From: Octopus sinensis
Lineage: Eukaryota
Direction: 5' to 3'
DNA length: 64,000 nucleotides
Assembly: GCF_006345805.1 (NCBI RefSeq)
Contig: NW_021832425.1
Coordinates: 1-64,000 of the forward strand
The notes below the pieces were generated by a model. It saw nothing but the letters and a program-made list of their open reading frames with translations. It was not told the DNA's origin and made no database searches. Positions 49,835-62,790 of this stretch are shown piece after piece (the stretch's first letter is position 1; every line of letters begins with the position of its first letter). Made by a program: the position numbers and the translations under genes.

Positions 49835-51780
49835 TGAACTAATTAATGCGTCCTCTTACTCGATTCTCCTCCTCTTTGAGCTAAAACCAATCTCTTCGAT
49901 GGGCACACTCATCCATCTCACAGGGTTGGCCTTTTCTGTGGTCGTTCTCAAGTTCGACTCAATGGCCTCACTTGGCAGAGCCTCTTCCGTTGTTCCATTT
50001 GTAAAACGTGTCGTTTGGCACTTCGGACTCCCTAGCTGGATTGTGAATTTTGTGAAGAACCTTGTAACGAAGTGGAGAATAAAGCTAATTCTGAATCATA
50101 TGTTTCAAGCACCTGGAACAGAAAAGTCGTGATCTACCGAATCGAACGCTTTCTTTACGTCAATCCAGGTAGAAAACAAATTATTTCCGTTTTGCTTGTG
50201 AATGCACCGGTTAAGAATTGCTTTTTCCTTTGCCCCTTGACACATTCGCCGAGTTCCCAATTGATTATCGGCAATCAGATTATATGCCTCAATATAATCT
50301 CCCAACTTCCTGTTAACACATTTCGTTGCAATAGACATACAAGTAATTGGTCTCAAATCTTCGGGTCCTTGACAAATATCTTTCTTTGGGATGAGATATG
50401 TGATTCCAGTGTAGAACCACTCATCCGGTATGTATTCACCATGGATTATCTTGACTAGTTCTTCACACAAGTGATCATGGATTGAGGTCATTTTTTTAGA
50501 AAGAAATTATACACTCCATCACAACCGCTAGCTCTCCAGTTTGGGAGTTGTTTAATTGTTTCAAGGATGCTTTCTTTACTAAACTCTGCAAATGTATCTT
50601 CTGCCCATGTCACTCTCTTGTTAATATGTAACACATTATCGCTCTTCTCATTTCTACTCCATATTTTTTCCCAATATGTTAAACATTCACTGTTATTAAA
50701 CATGAACTCTGCACTCTTTCTCTCATCATTTAAGCTGCGATAGAAACACCGCCGATTCAGTTCAAAAAACCAATTCTGTTTCCGAAATTCTTTTCTTGCA
50801 TCATGGAGTCGAAGTTTCTTCTCAACAATCTTTATTTCGTCTCCAATGCAAGCATAAATTCTTCCAAGTTCTCCTTTCTTTGCCTTTCGATATCAATATT
50901 CACTCAGCGTATCCCTCGTTGCATTATCAAACTTCAAGCTTCCTTTTTGATCAATAAGTGTATTAGTCTGTTCGTATTGTTCTTTAAGTTTAATTAGTTT
51001 TGCTTCCATTATTCCTTTCCAGTTGTTATTCTTACGAGAGTATTTTGTGAGAGCTTGGTATTTCAGCTGTGCAGCATAAACGATATCGGTGATATCATTC
51101 AAATTGACAGGAGGGTTGGTCCTTATATATTCATTAATCACTGCATTTATTCCAGACAATATTCTTTTTAAGTAGTTGATATGGGTTTTTGGTCGGCTTT
51201 CGTTTTTTTCGGGAGATAGATTTTACTTGCTCTATTTGGTAAGAAAATTCAATTGAGCAATCTCTAAAATTAGAGATTTCAGTCTTGTGATTCTTTTCTT
51301 AATCCATTGGAGAGTTAGACTTTGTTCCCGTCATCTTAGCCAGACTCTTCACATTCGCCACAGATTTGGACGTGAGGAACTTTTCGTTAAAAGCCTGAAA
51401 ATCATAGGCCATCCACCACGTGGTATTCTTTTGAATCTTGCTCGAGAAACGTTAACCACTTCATTCGCCCATTTGATCATGTCCACCTGCGTTACTTGAT
51501 CGATGATAGCCCGTAGAGTTAACAGATTAGCAGGACAATCCGGTTGCGACACCGAATTTGGAAGGGGAATATCAGATTCTTGCGTTCCAAGCTGCCCACG
51601 GACCACACGATCTACGTTATTATTGGTTTCTCTTTCATTATCTTCCGTAGATAGGTCCATTGGAAATGTTTCATTGAACCCAGTAGAAACAAACATACAC
51701 GTAACAAACAAGAATTTAATATTTTTTTAAATATTGAATATAGCAATTATATATGAAAGAGTGTAGTAATCAATAATTCT
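49835..51780 (-). mobile_element. R4/HERO-like element, rearranged (internal deletion and small inversion)
   Basis: N-terminus to DVKKAFDSVDHDF (51711-50122), the next roughly 100 bp inverted (50005-50100), then the extreme C-terminus (49990-49860). Confidence 0.8.
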
Positions 51781-52381
51781 AATTAAAAATTTTTTTTTTT
51801 TTTTTAATGAAAACCAACCAATAACTACAAGTTAATTAATTAAAAGCTTCAAGTGCGGGAAGCCGACGCGATCGAGAAGTTCAATTAAAAATTGGAGCTG
51901 AATTATCTTTTAAAAATGCCTTACCCAAAAGTATTTTAATTTTAACAGAGTGGTTTCCAACAGTTGTTTATGCCTGGGTTTAAGGGTTACGTCAGAAATA
52001 TTAACGAATACAATCAAATTAAAGAAACGTTAATCGGGATATTCCCAGAGGATATGAATGCCCGAAGCAAACGACGGTTAGCCAAAAAAGCTTCCAATTT
52101 TTGTCAAAAAATGATAAGTATTAATTTTTTAATTTAAAGACTTTATTTGAAAGGGAAATTGAAAAACTAGTAATTCCTTCGGACTGTCTGGCAGAGATGA
52201 ATACCCATGCTCGTTCTCTACACTTGATGTCTCACGGAGGCGTCAACAAAATTGAATTTCTCTGTCGCCGACATTACTTTATCGTGAAAAGTGAAGTCAT
52301 AAGAAAAGTCATATCAGAGTGCGATGTCTGCAATTTTTCTCTTCCACTTAAAGTTAAGTCTGTTTTAGTAATGGTTTGGAC

Positions 52382-52890
52382 CAGGGGTTCTCAACCTTTT
52401 AGCTCAAGGGCCAAATCGATAATTAAGATTAGCTTCGCGGGCCGCACAAAAAATATTTTATATATTTTTATATTTTCCATTTTACTAAATATTGATTCGC
52501 ATAAATGTGTAGATTCATATATGCATTGTGTGTTATATTTTTGAATTTGTCTTGAGGAATTAATTCGTAAAAATTAATAATGGACGCATTTTTGAACAAT
52601 GCCGCCAGTTCTATATCATGTTGTAAATTAATGAGTTCTAGCTGAAACTTTGCAGGCGCATCCTTAATTTCCACGCTGAATGGAGTTGCGAATATTTTCA
52701 TTAAAGGAAGGAATTCTTTAAAATTCTAAAAATTAAATTTATATAAATGTACCCAAAACGTGCTTCAAATGATTAATGAAATCACCAATTATGGATATGT
52801 TTAACCTTAAGAATGAATAATTAAATTTAAACATTATTAAAAAATTAAAAAAGTTAGTTACTCTAGAGGGGCCGCAAAAAAAATCCTGGG
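52382..52890 (-). mobile_element. hAT (GTF2IRD2-like) fragment inside an integrase intron
   Basis: TIR caggggttctcaacc at 52382 and FATPFSV..FQLELINLQ; the other TIR is missing. Confidence 0.75.
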
Positions 52891-53329
52891 GGTCTAAACT
52901 TTAGACCGTGGATGAAACTAATCATGTTTTCGCCTCTGCACCGAATGAGCGGTTTCAAATTGATCTTATTGATCTGAAAATGTTTGAATACGTTAACGGA
53001 GGATACAAATGGATTCTATCCGTTATTGACGTCTATAGTCGGTTTTATGATTATAATTATCATAGTTTTGCTTTTGCTGGGCCAATAATGAATAAGTCAG
53101 GAGTCGAGGTTTCAAAAAATCTGGAGTCCCTATTTCATCTTAATGGTCCCTGTCAGATTCTACAATCGGACAATGGGACAGAATTCAAAAATATTGACAT
53201 TCGAGTTCTTTGCGAGAAGTTCAAAATTCAGAGGTATAGGTCGAAATTCATGATTAGGCCGAATTTTCAAATGGTGAGAAAACTCTCCATTATCACATAC
53301 TCAATTCAAAATTCTTGCCCACTGCACTC

Positions 53330-53540
53330 TCAAACTTGAACCACTCAAACCCCGAAGACTGCAAGTTCATAGTTAAGCTGTACGCATTTAAGTATCAAGA
53401 AAGTCAGAAGACAAGCCATCCGGCTAGCCCATGGTTTAGAATGGCGAGAGGAGCTTTCGGATGCCCAGGAATTGTCCCTCAAAGGCTCCTGAGGTCGTTG
53501 TGCTTCCTCAAGGTATTGAACGTCTCAAGACCTTGAGAAC
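53330..53540 (+). pseudogene. LINE 3' fragment, same family as 58390-59130
   Basis: Nucleotide match aagaaagtcagaagac..cccaggaattgtccctcaaagg. Confidence 0.8.
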
Positions 53541-53559
53541 ACACAATCCTCTGGAGACG

Positions 53560-54050
53560 AGATGGCTCCTCCAGAACGTGTCCCAAGCAATAGTGAGGGG
53601 AAACAGGATCGCCATCAGTTCTTCTTCTTTACTTATTTAAACTAAAAATAAGTGTCCCAGATAGAGGTCATACTGTATCAGTACATCATTAAAACAAGTT
53701 GAAAAAGTTTTATGGGTGCCGAAGCGTGGAATGCCTTCCGAGTGGGCTACAGGTGGTACCTCGCAGCAAAACCTGGGGAGAAAAGCATCCTCCATACGTT
53801 GAAATACCATTGCACTCCCGCCTTGGCGAGCGTGTACCCCAGGACAGCGAGGGTGCGGAGTAAAAGGTCTTCAGGCGTGTAAAAGGTCTTCAGGGGCGAG
53901 GGTGCGGAGTGTTTCGAAAAAGAGTGGATGATGTCCCAAGCGAAGTCGTGCAAGCTGGACACGGAAGTATCTGTCGAGTGATTGCTCTGAAGGATGGACT
54001 GGTGGCGGAGGAGAATCAAGGAGTTTGTTATTTTTAAGCATCCTTATAGC
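53560..54050 (-). pseudogene. Possible decayed CRE-like 5' region
   Basis: PLKT..LRTLA..VWRMLFS..FAAR loosely parallels IPLKIP..AWLKLFGFAP. Confidence 0.35.
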
Positions 54051-54139
54051 ACGAGTTGAGATGTAATCGTGAATTAATTACAAAGAATCCAAAACTCAGG
54101 CCTCCGCACAATAACTGGCTGCCTACAAAGTGGACACCT

Positions 54140-54680
54140 TCATTAAAAGACATAATACTATAACATAACAAGCCCGATTTGTTTGTCTTTGACAAGAAGA
54201 ACAACCGGATATTCCTGATTGAGGTTGGGATAACATCTGCCCCAAACCTACAACAAGTGGAGGTAGAAAAACTTAGAAAGTATGACCTTCTATCAAAGGA
54301 ACTGGAGTTGATATATCATGCCAATGTGAAAATAGTACCGATTGTATTAACTTGGGACGGACTTGTCACTTCAAAATTCCAACAATATGCACAATCGTTG
54401 AACATCAATGAGAGAACACATGCGTATATACAATCACTCACTATCAAAAAAACCCTTGAGAGCATGATTGTTTCCTATAGGAACAGAATTGAGCCATGCC
54501 AAAGGACTCTCGAACTGGACAAAAGAATAAAAGCTATTTATCGACAAATATATATGACCATAACTTCGCCACTGCCTGTCAGCACTTCCCAAGGAAAGAA
54601 ACTGGCATCCTTACCTGAGGGAATATCTGAATAGAGGAAGTAATGAACAGATTGAGAAAATTATACTTTAATTAATACTT
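54140..54680 (+). pseudogene. R4/HERO-like RLE 3' fragment
   Basis: HNKPDLFVFD..LIEVGIT..EKLRKYD..IVLTWDG. Confidence 0.88.
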
Positions 54681-54722
54681 AATTGATTCATTAAATATAT
54701 TATTTTTCAAAAAAAAGAAAAA

Positions 54723-56340
54723 CTATGCAGCAAAAACAGAAGAAACTTCACCCCTCGTATCCGGCCGAAATGGAAAAAGCCCCTTCTTGTATGCAATGGC
54801 CAAAAACATCACAACAAAAACCACAATCACAGGCAAAATACCAGAAACAACAAAAGTCGTTTTTGCGACACGTTTTTGCGATTTTTCTATTTGCTTCTGC
54901 ATTTCTACTTTTCATTAAAAACATAGAAAACTAGAAAAATCAAGACAAATGGAGAAGGGCTTGGAATACCCCACAGGATTGACCGCCCACATTGTCACGT
55001 TGTATGTCCCCGATTCATTCAAAAATTTTTCCAAGTCAATCTGAGACATCAAACCATCAACGGTCAAATTTTTAGTGTTTTTCTTAAAATTCAAACCAAT
55101 TTAACAACCACTGACTTCACCCGAAGAACGAAGGAAGAAACGGGAACCTTCTCGGACTGGACCCGCCACCAAACCACACTTTCATTACTCCCCATATTTA
55201 ATACTCTGGCCACATCTTTTGTACAAAAAACAAAAATACCAGCAAAAAAAAACCTAACGAACTTGGACGTGCTTTCTATCTCTTCCTTCGCCACGCAAAA
55301 AGTAAAAATCGAATCATTCACGTTTTTGCCACTCAAAACTGCTGTTAGTTCAAAAACGTCGAGGGATCCGTTTATTGTTGTCTTTTTCACCACCGGATTC
55401 TGCTTTGTGGATATCTCAACATACCAGTGATTTATCCAAGTCGACCGATACTAAATCCGGGGTTATGACTGTGTTGGCCTCTATTATACACGTGATGTTG
55501 TTAGGTTGTCCGAGCATGAGGATCCTCGAGTCGAAGTGGATGATTGGTCCAACTAGTGGATAGAAATTGTGGAATACAGTTCACTATAAGCCTGATGGGC
55601 TTTGTTTTTATCAGCATATTCCCCAAAAATACCAAAAAATAGTAAATCCCTTGGTCACTGACTTCTGTAGTACGAATGAGGAGACCCCATTTGGTCTTTT
55701 CGATTCTTGAGTGATCTGAACATATTTTTGAATAAATTTGGTTACAAGACTCATTTTCGAAATGTTGGCCACCCTTAATCCATTTTGTGGTATATTTGCT
55801 GCCATTTGTGACGAAACAAGCCAAATAAGATGTCTTTAGATAGTCCACAGTCACCGTTGGATTACAGTGTTTAAATTCCATGTGAACACCTTTTTGAAAA
55901 ACAATTTTGAAACATCATAGTTATTGAATACAAATATTAAGTTACGTGCAAAATATTAAACACAAATATTTAAATATAAATAATTTGAAATACCTGGCGC
56001 ATCTAATATAAATTTAGCGCGGAAATCATTGAGGACACATAAGTACTCTCCAACAGTCTCAGGACCGACATTAATTTTGAGCATAATTCCCCCAGGGATT
56101 ACAAACTGTTCATAATTGTCATTTCTACACTCTACTTATGTTTACACAACCCAGGAAGAATCTCTTTATGTGCCCTATACCACTTCACCTCCCCTGGCTC
56201 ATCGGTCTTACAAACTGTGGTCACTTCCTCCTTATTTGTGACTAAACTTGCGGGGAAGACCGTCAGTCTGCACTGCGTCAGTCCTACGAATGTACCCACC
56301 AATTACCAATGAATGTCAGAAAGAACAGGGACAATTCCAT
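54723..56340 (-). CDS. Type I membrane IgSF protein: signal peptide, 3 Ig, 1 FN3, TM, short tail
   Basis: Start MELSLFFLTFIG. Ig1 VC..VKWY..GEYLC; Ig2 LAC..KWIKGG..LLI..SDQGIYY; Ig3 ITCIIE..TFC; FN3 YNVTMWAVNPVGYS; TM FVVSGILPVIVVFVVMFLAIAY. Introns of 22-26 nt plus one of about 104 nt. Confidence 0.85.
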
Positions 56341-57029
56341 TCACACGTTTTTTGCAATAAATCGTTTATAAATATTATTTTTGCGATTAACTATCGATTG
56401 TCTGTTTTTTCTCAAGTCGTTACTTAATTTAGGAATTTGACCAATGCTTAATTATCCGGCAATCTTATTTCTAGCTTATATTAATTGATTAACTTCTAAT
56501 CAAAATAAACAACGTTTATCAAAATTAAACTCAGTAATTCTAAACATGTAATTCAGTACTATAAACTATGCACTCTTATAGTGCACCCTCAAAGCTATTC
56601 AGACAGTCCTCCAAATCGGGAATTCCCTCAAGTTAGTCTATAGCTGATAATAAAACACGTGCAATAAATCGATCTTATTAAAGTGGGCTATCAATTAAAT
56701 ACTTCACATGTACATCCAATTAGGGTCAGTGAATAGCACTGCAATGTTTGTGAATGATATCGCCGTAGTGTTTATGCAGTAATTTAAAGGAGAAGGGCGA
56801 ATCATCTCGACCAGGCTTGCTGTCCTTCAGCAGATTGGCCGAATTGACCAAATTGGTGTAGCGATATTCACTCAGGGCATTGAACCAGGAGGGGGAGAGT
56901 GCAGGACACTCGGGAGAAATGAGAAAACTGGACTCGTCTGAACTAAATTGAGTCAATAACCTTGGAAAATAATTCGTATGAATTCCTTGTGTTGGGAATA
57001 GTAGACAATCACTCTATGACCCACCAGAA

Positions 57030-58070
57030 AGAGAACTCCATCCTTCAATATTAAGATGGTATGGTAGACAAATCCACTTTGCTAGCTTCAAAATATGTCA
57101 CAAAATATTGCCGGGATTGGAACGGGTCAGGACTCAAAATCCCCGAAGACACAACGAAACAAAGGAACTGGGATAACATTGTCTGCTCCAAAATTTCAGA
57201 AGGGCTTAAAAAAGAAGCAAATCAACATCGCCTTGCTTGCCTGGTGTCAGCCTCAAGTGGAGGGAGCGGAGCATGGCTTGGTGCAATCCCTTGCCCAAAT
57301 CTCGGGACTTTTTTGGACGACGATTCTTTGAGGATTGGAATCGGACAAAGACTTGGACTAGACGTTTGCCAGGAGCACCGATGCCGCTGCGGGGAAACGG
57401 TCGATGCGAAGGGATTGCACCCGCTATCCTGCAGGAGATCCGCCGGAAGAGGACCACGTCACGCCGCTCTGAACGACGTGATCGTCAGAGCTCTGAAGGC
57501 TGCAGGCTTCCCAGCACAGCTTGAACCAGTGGGTCTCGATCGAGGTGATGGAAAGAGACCTGACGGGATGACTCTTTTCCCTTTCAACTCCGGACGATCT
57601 TTGGTCTGGGACGCAACTTGCGTCGATACTTACTCAAGCACGAATCTCCTTAAATCGGTTCAGACACCTGGAGCAGCTGCCTCAATCGCGGAAAACCTTA
57701 AAACCAAAAAATTCCTTCCTCGGGGACCGCTACAGATTCACCCCTGTTGCGGCTGAGTCATCAGGAGCTGTTGGCCCAGCGACTGCCGAGTTCTTGCGCG
57801 AACTCGGAAAGAATGCTCGCCACAAAGAAAAATGATCCTCGTGAAGGAGTATGGCTAAGACAAAGGATCGGAATAGCCATACTCCGAGGGAAACTCGTTC
57901 CATACAGGCAGCGGGCTTCTCAATTGATTTCTCAAATCAATCTCTTCTCTGAATTTATTATAGGCCACGCGATACTTATGGGCAGCCGTTACATTAACCT
58001 TGAACTAAGATTAACTTTAATTATTTTCATTTTATATTTGAAAACTCTTCTTTTGTACATAAAAAAAGTA
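57030..58070 (+). mobile_element. 5'-truncated CRE-like element
   Basis: 231-aa ORF with HPLSCRRSAGR, RPDGMTLFPF and WDATC. Confidence 0.9.
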
Positions 58071-58389
58071 ATCCGAAACTAAACTTCATGAACGGGAAGC
58101 TGACGCGGTCGAGAAAGAATTAGAGCGTACTATCGCGAGGGATATCCGCTCGAAAAACCATCTTGATTCGCGGACGTCACCTGTGAGAGCAGACATGCGG
58201 GACCCGATCTCCTGAACAAAGCCACAAAGAATAAAATTTAGTTATTTTTTAGTCTAGTCGTACTACAGTCGATAATTCTCCTTTCGATTTTTTTATCTAT
58301 TAAATTAAAATATTTAAAATTACCTTGACACGATTATTCGATAAAATATTAATTATTTCTGCAGCAGAATAATACGGAGACTCAAACTT

Positions 58390-59130
58390 ATCTAGTCGCA
58401 ATGAAGTCGCAAGGGGGTCTTTTCTAAAGTCAGAACAGTCCTTCGCGGGGTCCCTCAGGGCTCTGTGCTGAGTCCCACGCTTTTTAATGTCTTTATGGCA
58501 TCTGCGCCCATGCCAGTCAATGCTCGTACTGAAATGGTAATTTATGCAGACGACATCATCCTCTGGGATCACTCGATGAAACCTGAGTGTGCGTGTCGTA
58601 GGCTACAGGTTGCTGTGGATGGACTTGTAAACTGGTGTAGGAGTAGGGGTCTAAAGATGCGTGCGGATAAGTGCAGTGTTTTCAAAGTCTGTAAAAGGAC
58701 GAGGGGTTACACTAATTACGCTCCTAGGTTATTGCTGAACGGGTCAGCAATTGCTGCAGTTGATCAGATGACTTATTGGGCGTGCTCTTAAGCCGTCCGG
58801 TAAGTTTGATGATCACATTGCACGTACGAAAATGCGTGCAATGCAGCGATTAGGCGCGTTGCGTGCTTTCCGGCTGCGGAGAGGTGCTTGGCTACGTGTG
58901 TTTAACGCCATGGTGTTACCCGTGTTGACCTATGGCGTACATGCTTGGCACTTCTGTGAGGACCGAGAAAAGTACGTTGACGCGCTCAAGAAAGTCAGAA
59001 GACGAGCCATCCGACTAGCCCATGGCTTAGGATGGCGAGTGGAGCTCACGGACACCCAGGAATTGTCCCTCAAAGGCCTCCCTGAGGTCTTAGAAAAGAT
59101 AATGTCTGGGTGGCAGGTAAGACGGTAGTC
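58390..59130 (+). mobile_element. L2/Jockey/I-group LINE RT 3' half
   Basis: GVPQGSVLSPTLFN, YADD, VLPVLTYG. Confidence 0.85.
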
Positions 59131-59399
59131 TTAGTTTGCGGCTGAGAGGCGAGCGTGTGTGCGGGACTGAAAAGGCAGAAATGCCGAAGGTCTTAATTAT
59201 ACCCTCACTAACAGCCTTTTATTTTAAAATAAAATTTTTCCTTCCTTCCTTTTTTAACTCGAACCTATTTATTAACGTTTTTAATTGATGCTTTGTCTCA
59301 TATGCTAAAAGTATACTTACTATTATGAACATTCATCCTCCTGTCAAAAGCTTTGTAATAACTTGAACTTTCATTAATTGGGTCGATTTTGAAAATGAA

Positions 59400-59479
59400 T
59401 CTCTCCGCAGTTAGAAACACATTTTCAAGGTCAAAAATGTAACAGGGTGCCCATGCGTAACGAGGCCGCTCATGTGACA
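59400..59479 (-). mobile_element. Ginger-like terminus fragment
   Basis: tgtcacatgagcggc..gcatgggcaccctgttacatttttgaccttg matches the 20908 terminus. Inner boundary unknown. Confidence 0.65.
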
Positions 59480-60200
59480 CCTTATATCCATGTAGTGAGG
59501 CTTTTATTCTTTCTAGAACAATTAGCGATAAGATTTTGCACAGTAATTTGAGTAGTTGATTGGTCTTAAGCAATTTAGCTTTCCTCATTCTTTCTCTGTT
59601 TTATCTAAGGGAATTGATTTTGATTTTCCGATTCCAATGTTAATTCTAGAGTGTTCTTTAAAAGTTTTGTCCAAAATATGAGTAATGAGTTTATAAAACT
59701 TTTCATGAGTGTATTTTACGAATTCTGCATTAACATTGTCTAGGCCTTGTGCTTTTAAGTGGTATAGTTTGGACACAACTTTTTTAACTTGCAAAAAAGT
59801 AATTTCTGGTAATAGCTTTCTTGGAATTCTATTAAATGGATGAAGTGCTTCCTCTTTTTTAAAATTGAATTATTTTTCGAAGTGATCAGGTATTATGTCT
59901 GTACGTTGTTGTAAATGGTTCTTCCAAGTTCGTCATGAACTGTTAGATTTTCGGATTTCTTTTTTTACGCTAGCATCTTTACCGCTCCATACATTTTCTC
60001 TCCGTGCTTGTACTTTCTCACTTCTTTTGCAAGGTTATGTAGGTCTGTTTTATGGTTTTCTAAAATTTTTCTTGATTTCTCGTTCGACTTTGTTTTTTAT
60101 TTTGAACTCAGTTGGGTTCACTTGGTTGTGGGTGTTCATGTATTTATGCATTTTGTAAATGAGAGAAAAGATCTATTTGAGAATCGTAAGTTTTGGGAAT
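59480..60200 (-). pseudogene. Decayed RTE (pre-RT and RT N-terminus)
   Basis: KAQGLDNVNAEFVKY..LRPIN..KILSLIVLERIK. Confidence 0.8.
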
Positions 60201-60464
60201 TGCCTCATTTGTGTGATTAGCAGCTGAAAGCGGGGATGCCCTTCCAAACGGGGGTCTGGTTCAAACTATTGAATTGTAGGTTATTTAATTTAAATTTTTG
60301 GTTTACTTTGCGAACAAAGAACTCTTTCACATCTTACAAAGTGTTTATATTGCGATAATACAATAAGTTGTGCTTTTTTGCTCTATCTTAATATAAAATG
60401 GTATGGTGTGTTGTCGTCTGTCTGTCTGTCTGTGTGTGTGCACACCAACTTCAAATTGGCAATA

Positions 60465-61335
60465 CGATGTCCTCGACTTACATGATGAAGTCCTTAAAAC
60501 CTTCCCCCCAAAAAAAATTAAAAAAAATTTTCTGCATTTTGGTTAAAATGAACAACTACGATGTCCTCGACTTACATGATGAAGTCCTTAAAACCTTCCC
60601 CCCAAAAAAATTAAAAAAAAATTTTCTGCATTTTGGTTAAAATGAACAACTACGATGTCCTCGACTTACATGATGAAGTCCTTAAAACCTTCCCCCCAAA
60701 AAAATTAAAAAAAAAAATTTTCTGCATTTTGGTTAAAATGAACAACTACGATGTCCTCGACTTACATGATGAAGTCCTTAAAACCTTCCCCCCAAAAAAA
60801 ATTAAAAAAAATTTTCTGCATTTTGGTTAAAATGAACAACTACAATGTCCTCGACTTACATGATGAAGTCCTTAAAACCTTCCCCCCCAAAAAAATTAAA
60901 AAAAAATTTTCTGCATTTTGGTTAAAATGAACAACTACAATGTCCTCGACTTACATGATGAAGTCCTTAAAACCTTCCCCCCAAAAAAAATTAAAAAAAA
61001 TTTTCTGCATTTTGGTTAAAATGAACAACTACAATGTCCTCGACTTACATGATGAAGTCCTTAAAACCTTCCCCCCAAAAAAAATTAAAAAAAAATTTTC
61101 TGCATTTTGGTTAAAATGAACAACTACAATGTCTCGACGACATGATGATGAAGTCCTTAAAACCTTCCCCCCAAAAAATTAAAAAAAAATTTTCTGCATT
61201 TTGGTTAAAATGAACAACTACAATGTCCTCGACTTACATGATGAAGTCCTTAAAACCTTCCCCCCAAAAAATCAAAAAATTATTTCTGCATTTTGATTAA
61301 AATGAAAACGCGAATGTCCTCGACATTCATGATGA
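60465..61335 (+). repeat. Tandem array of about 10 units of about 94 bp (same unit as 6135-7300)
   Basis: Direct sequence. Confidence 0.97.
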
Positions 61336-61805
61336 GGTCCATTAAAACCTTCAAGGCAAAAATCTCACGTATTAAGAATATCCTTGATGAAACGACAGCG
61401 AGAATATTAACAATGATGAAACTCCCAATTATTCGCGATAAAGAAATTCAATTCATCCTATGTTTTCTCTTTAAAATTAAATGCATATATATTATCGACC
61501 ATGAATCAAAATTAAAGCTATTATCATATTTGACTTGACAGAATGTGCAATAACATTGACACGACTTTGAATAGAGTGTGCAATTAACAGATTTTGAAAA
61601 CCACTTTGATAGTTGAACCACATTAGCACAATCATTAACACAATTTACCACCAATTGACGACACACGACCTTGAATAGAGTGTGCAATTACAGATTTTTA
61701 AAAAAACTTTGATAGTTTTGATAGTTGAAACCACCATTAGCACAATCATTAACACAATTTACCACCAATTGACGCACGACCTTGAATAGAGTGTGCAATT
61801 AACAA

Positions 61806-62790
61806 TTCCTTTGGTGGGCTTGGGCTCCGCTCGGCTCTCGACATTTCTCTTACCGCTTTCCTTTCATCGTCTTCAGGATTGTATCTCTTGTCCATAAGAT
61901 TCTTGAAAAATCGCCGGATCTCGTTTGGACTCTGATATTAATTCTGCACTTTTGCTTTGGAAGAAAAAGGGCTTGAGTTCCCTTCTGATAGGTCCCTCCA
62001 ACGTGAATGGGATAAAATTCTCAGTAAGCATCATGCGGACTCGTTGGAGGCTCTCCTGAACCAGCACAGACTGGCTTGTTACCGTGCACCAGCCAACCGC
62101 ATTCTGGCTCTTGGCTTAACTGCTTCCTTCGACCCATTTGGACACTGTCTTGACTCCGACGCCCCCGTTTTGGCATTTGCCTCCGCCTCGACTTCCGATC
62201 TGTAGTCCTCACCCCTGCCGGTGCGGATCTACTATGGACGTATACGGGCTCCATGCCCTCTCCTGCAAGAAAAGCGCGGGTCGTATTCCACGCCATTCGG
62301 CGATTAACAGAATCATTCTCGACTCACTCGAAAAGGCCGGCTACCCTTCTGTCCTTGAGCCTAAGGGTCTCGACCGTGGTGACGGGAAAAGGCCGGACGG
62401 CTCTACGTTGTTCTCGTTTTATTCTGGGAGACCTTTGGTCGGGATTCCACTTGTGTGATACCTTCTCAAAGTCTTTCATCAACGAATCGGCCTCTCTTGC
62501 TGGGTCTCGTGCTAATAAGGCTGAGCTTTCGAAGTGCCGGAAATATCAGTCTTTGATGGATGACTTTTGGTTTTGGCCAATCGTTGTCGAGACTTCCGGC
62601 GTCTTTGGCTCCGGGACCCTCACTCCCTAAAGAAATTGGGACATCTTTGTTCTTCGCGGTCCAAGGACCCTAGGGAATTTACTTTCCTCATTCAGAGGAT
62701 CCTGCTGGCTGTCATGCGTGGCAACAGCTGTTCCTCCGTCTCGCTGGGAGAATTTATTAGTTTGTTGACTTTACTTAGTAATTAATAATT
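61806..62790 (+). mobile_element. 5'-truncated CRE-like element inserted in Helitron 2
   Basis: GGLGLRSALD through LLAVMRGNS; about 13 bp of target lost, no TSD. Confidence 0.9.

Larger units (their letters stand above)
49706..53235 (+). mobile_element. Ginger-like element with intron-containing integrase and nested insertions
   Basis: Terminus tgtgacatgggc at about 49706 (link to the ORF inferred). ORF from about 51975 with HLMSHGG..CDVC, RFQIDLID, IDVYSR|FAF and LQSDNGTEFKN. Confidence 0.75.

Noticed and set aside
51855-51880. Shared motif gggaagc(c/t)gacgcg(a/g)tcgagaa, also at about 58095
   Set aside because: Only about 22 bp and most simply a LINE crumb; no evidence of a regulatory role.
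51932-51949. Possible 18-nt intron at the 5' end of the integrase
   Set aside because: It is not required, because a downstream ATG (MPGFKG) aligns with the start of the homologous integrase.
36721-56340. Alternative nuclear genetic code
   Set aside because: The apparent in-frame stops I examined in host genes are removed by GT-AG micro-introns; no reassigned codon is needed.
56726-56956. 76-aa ORF as an inverted 5' part of the 57-kb CRE
   Set aside because: No CRE motif in any frame; origin unresolved.
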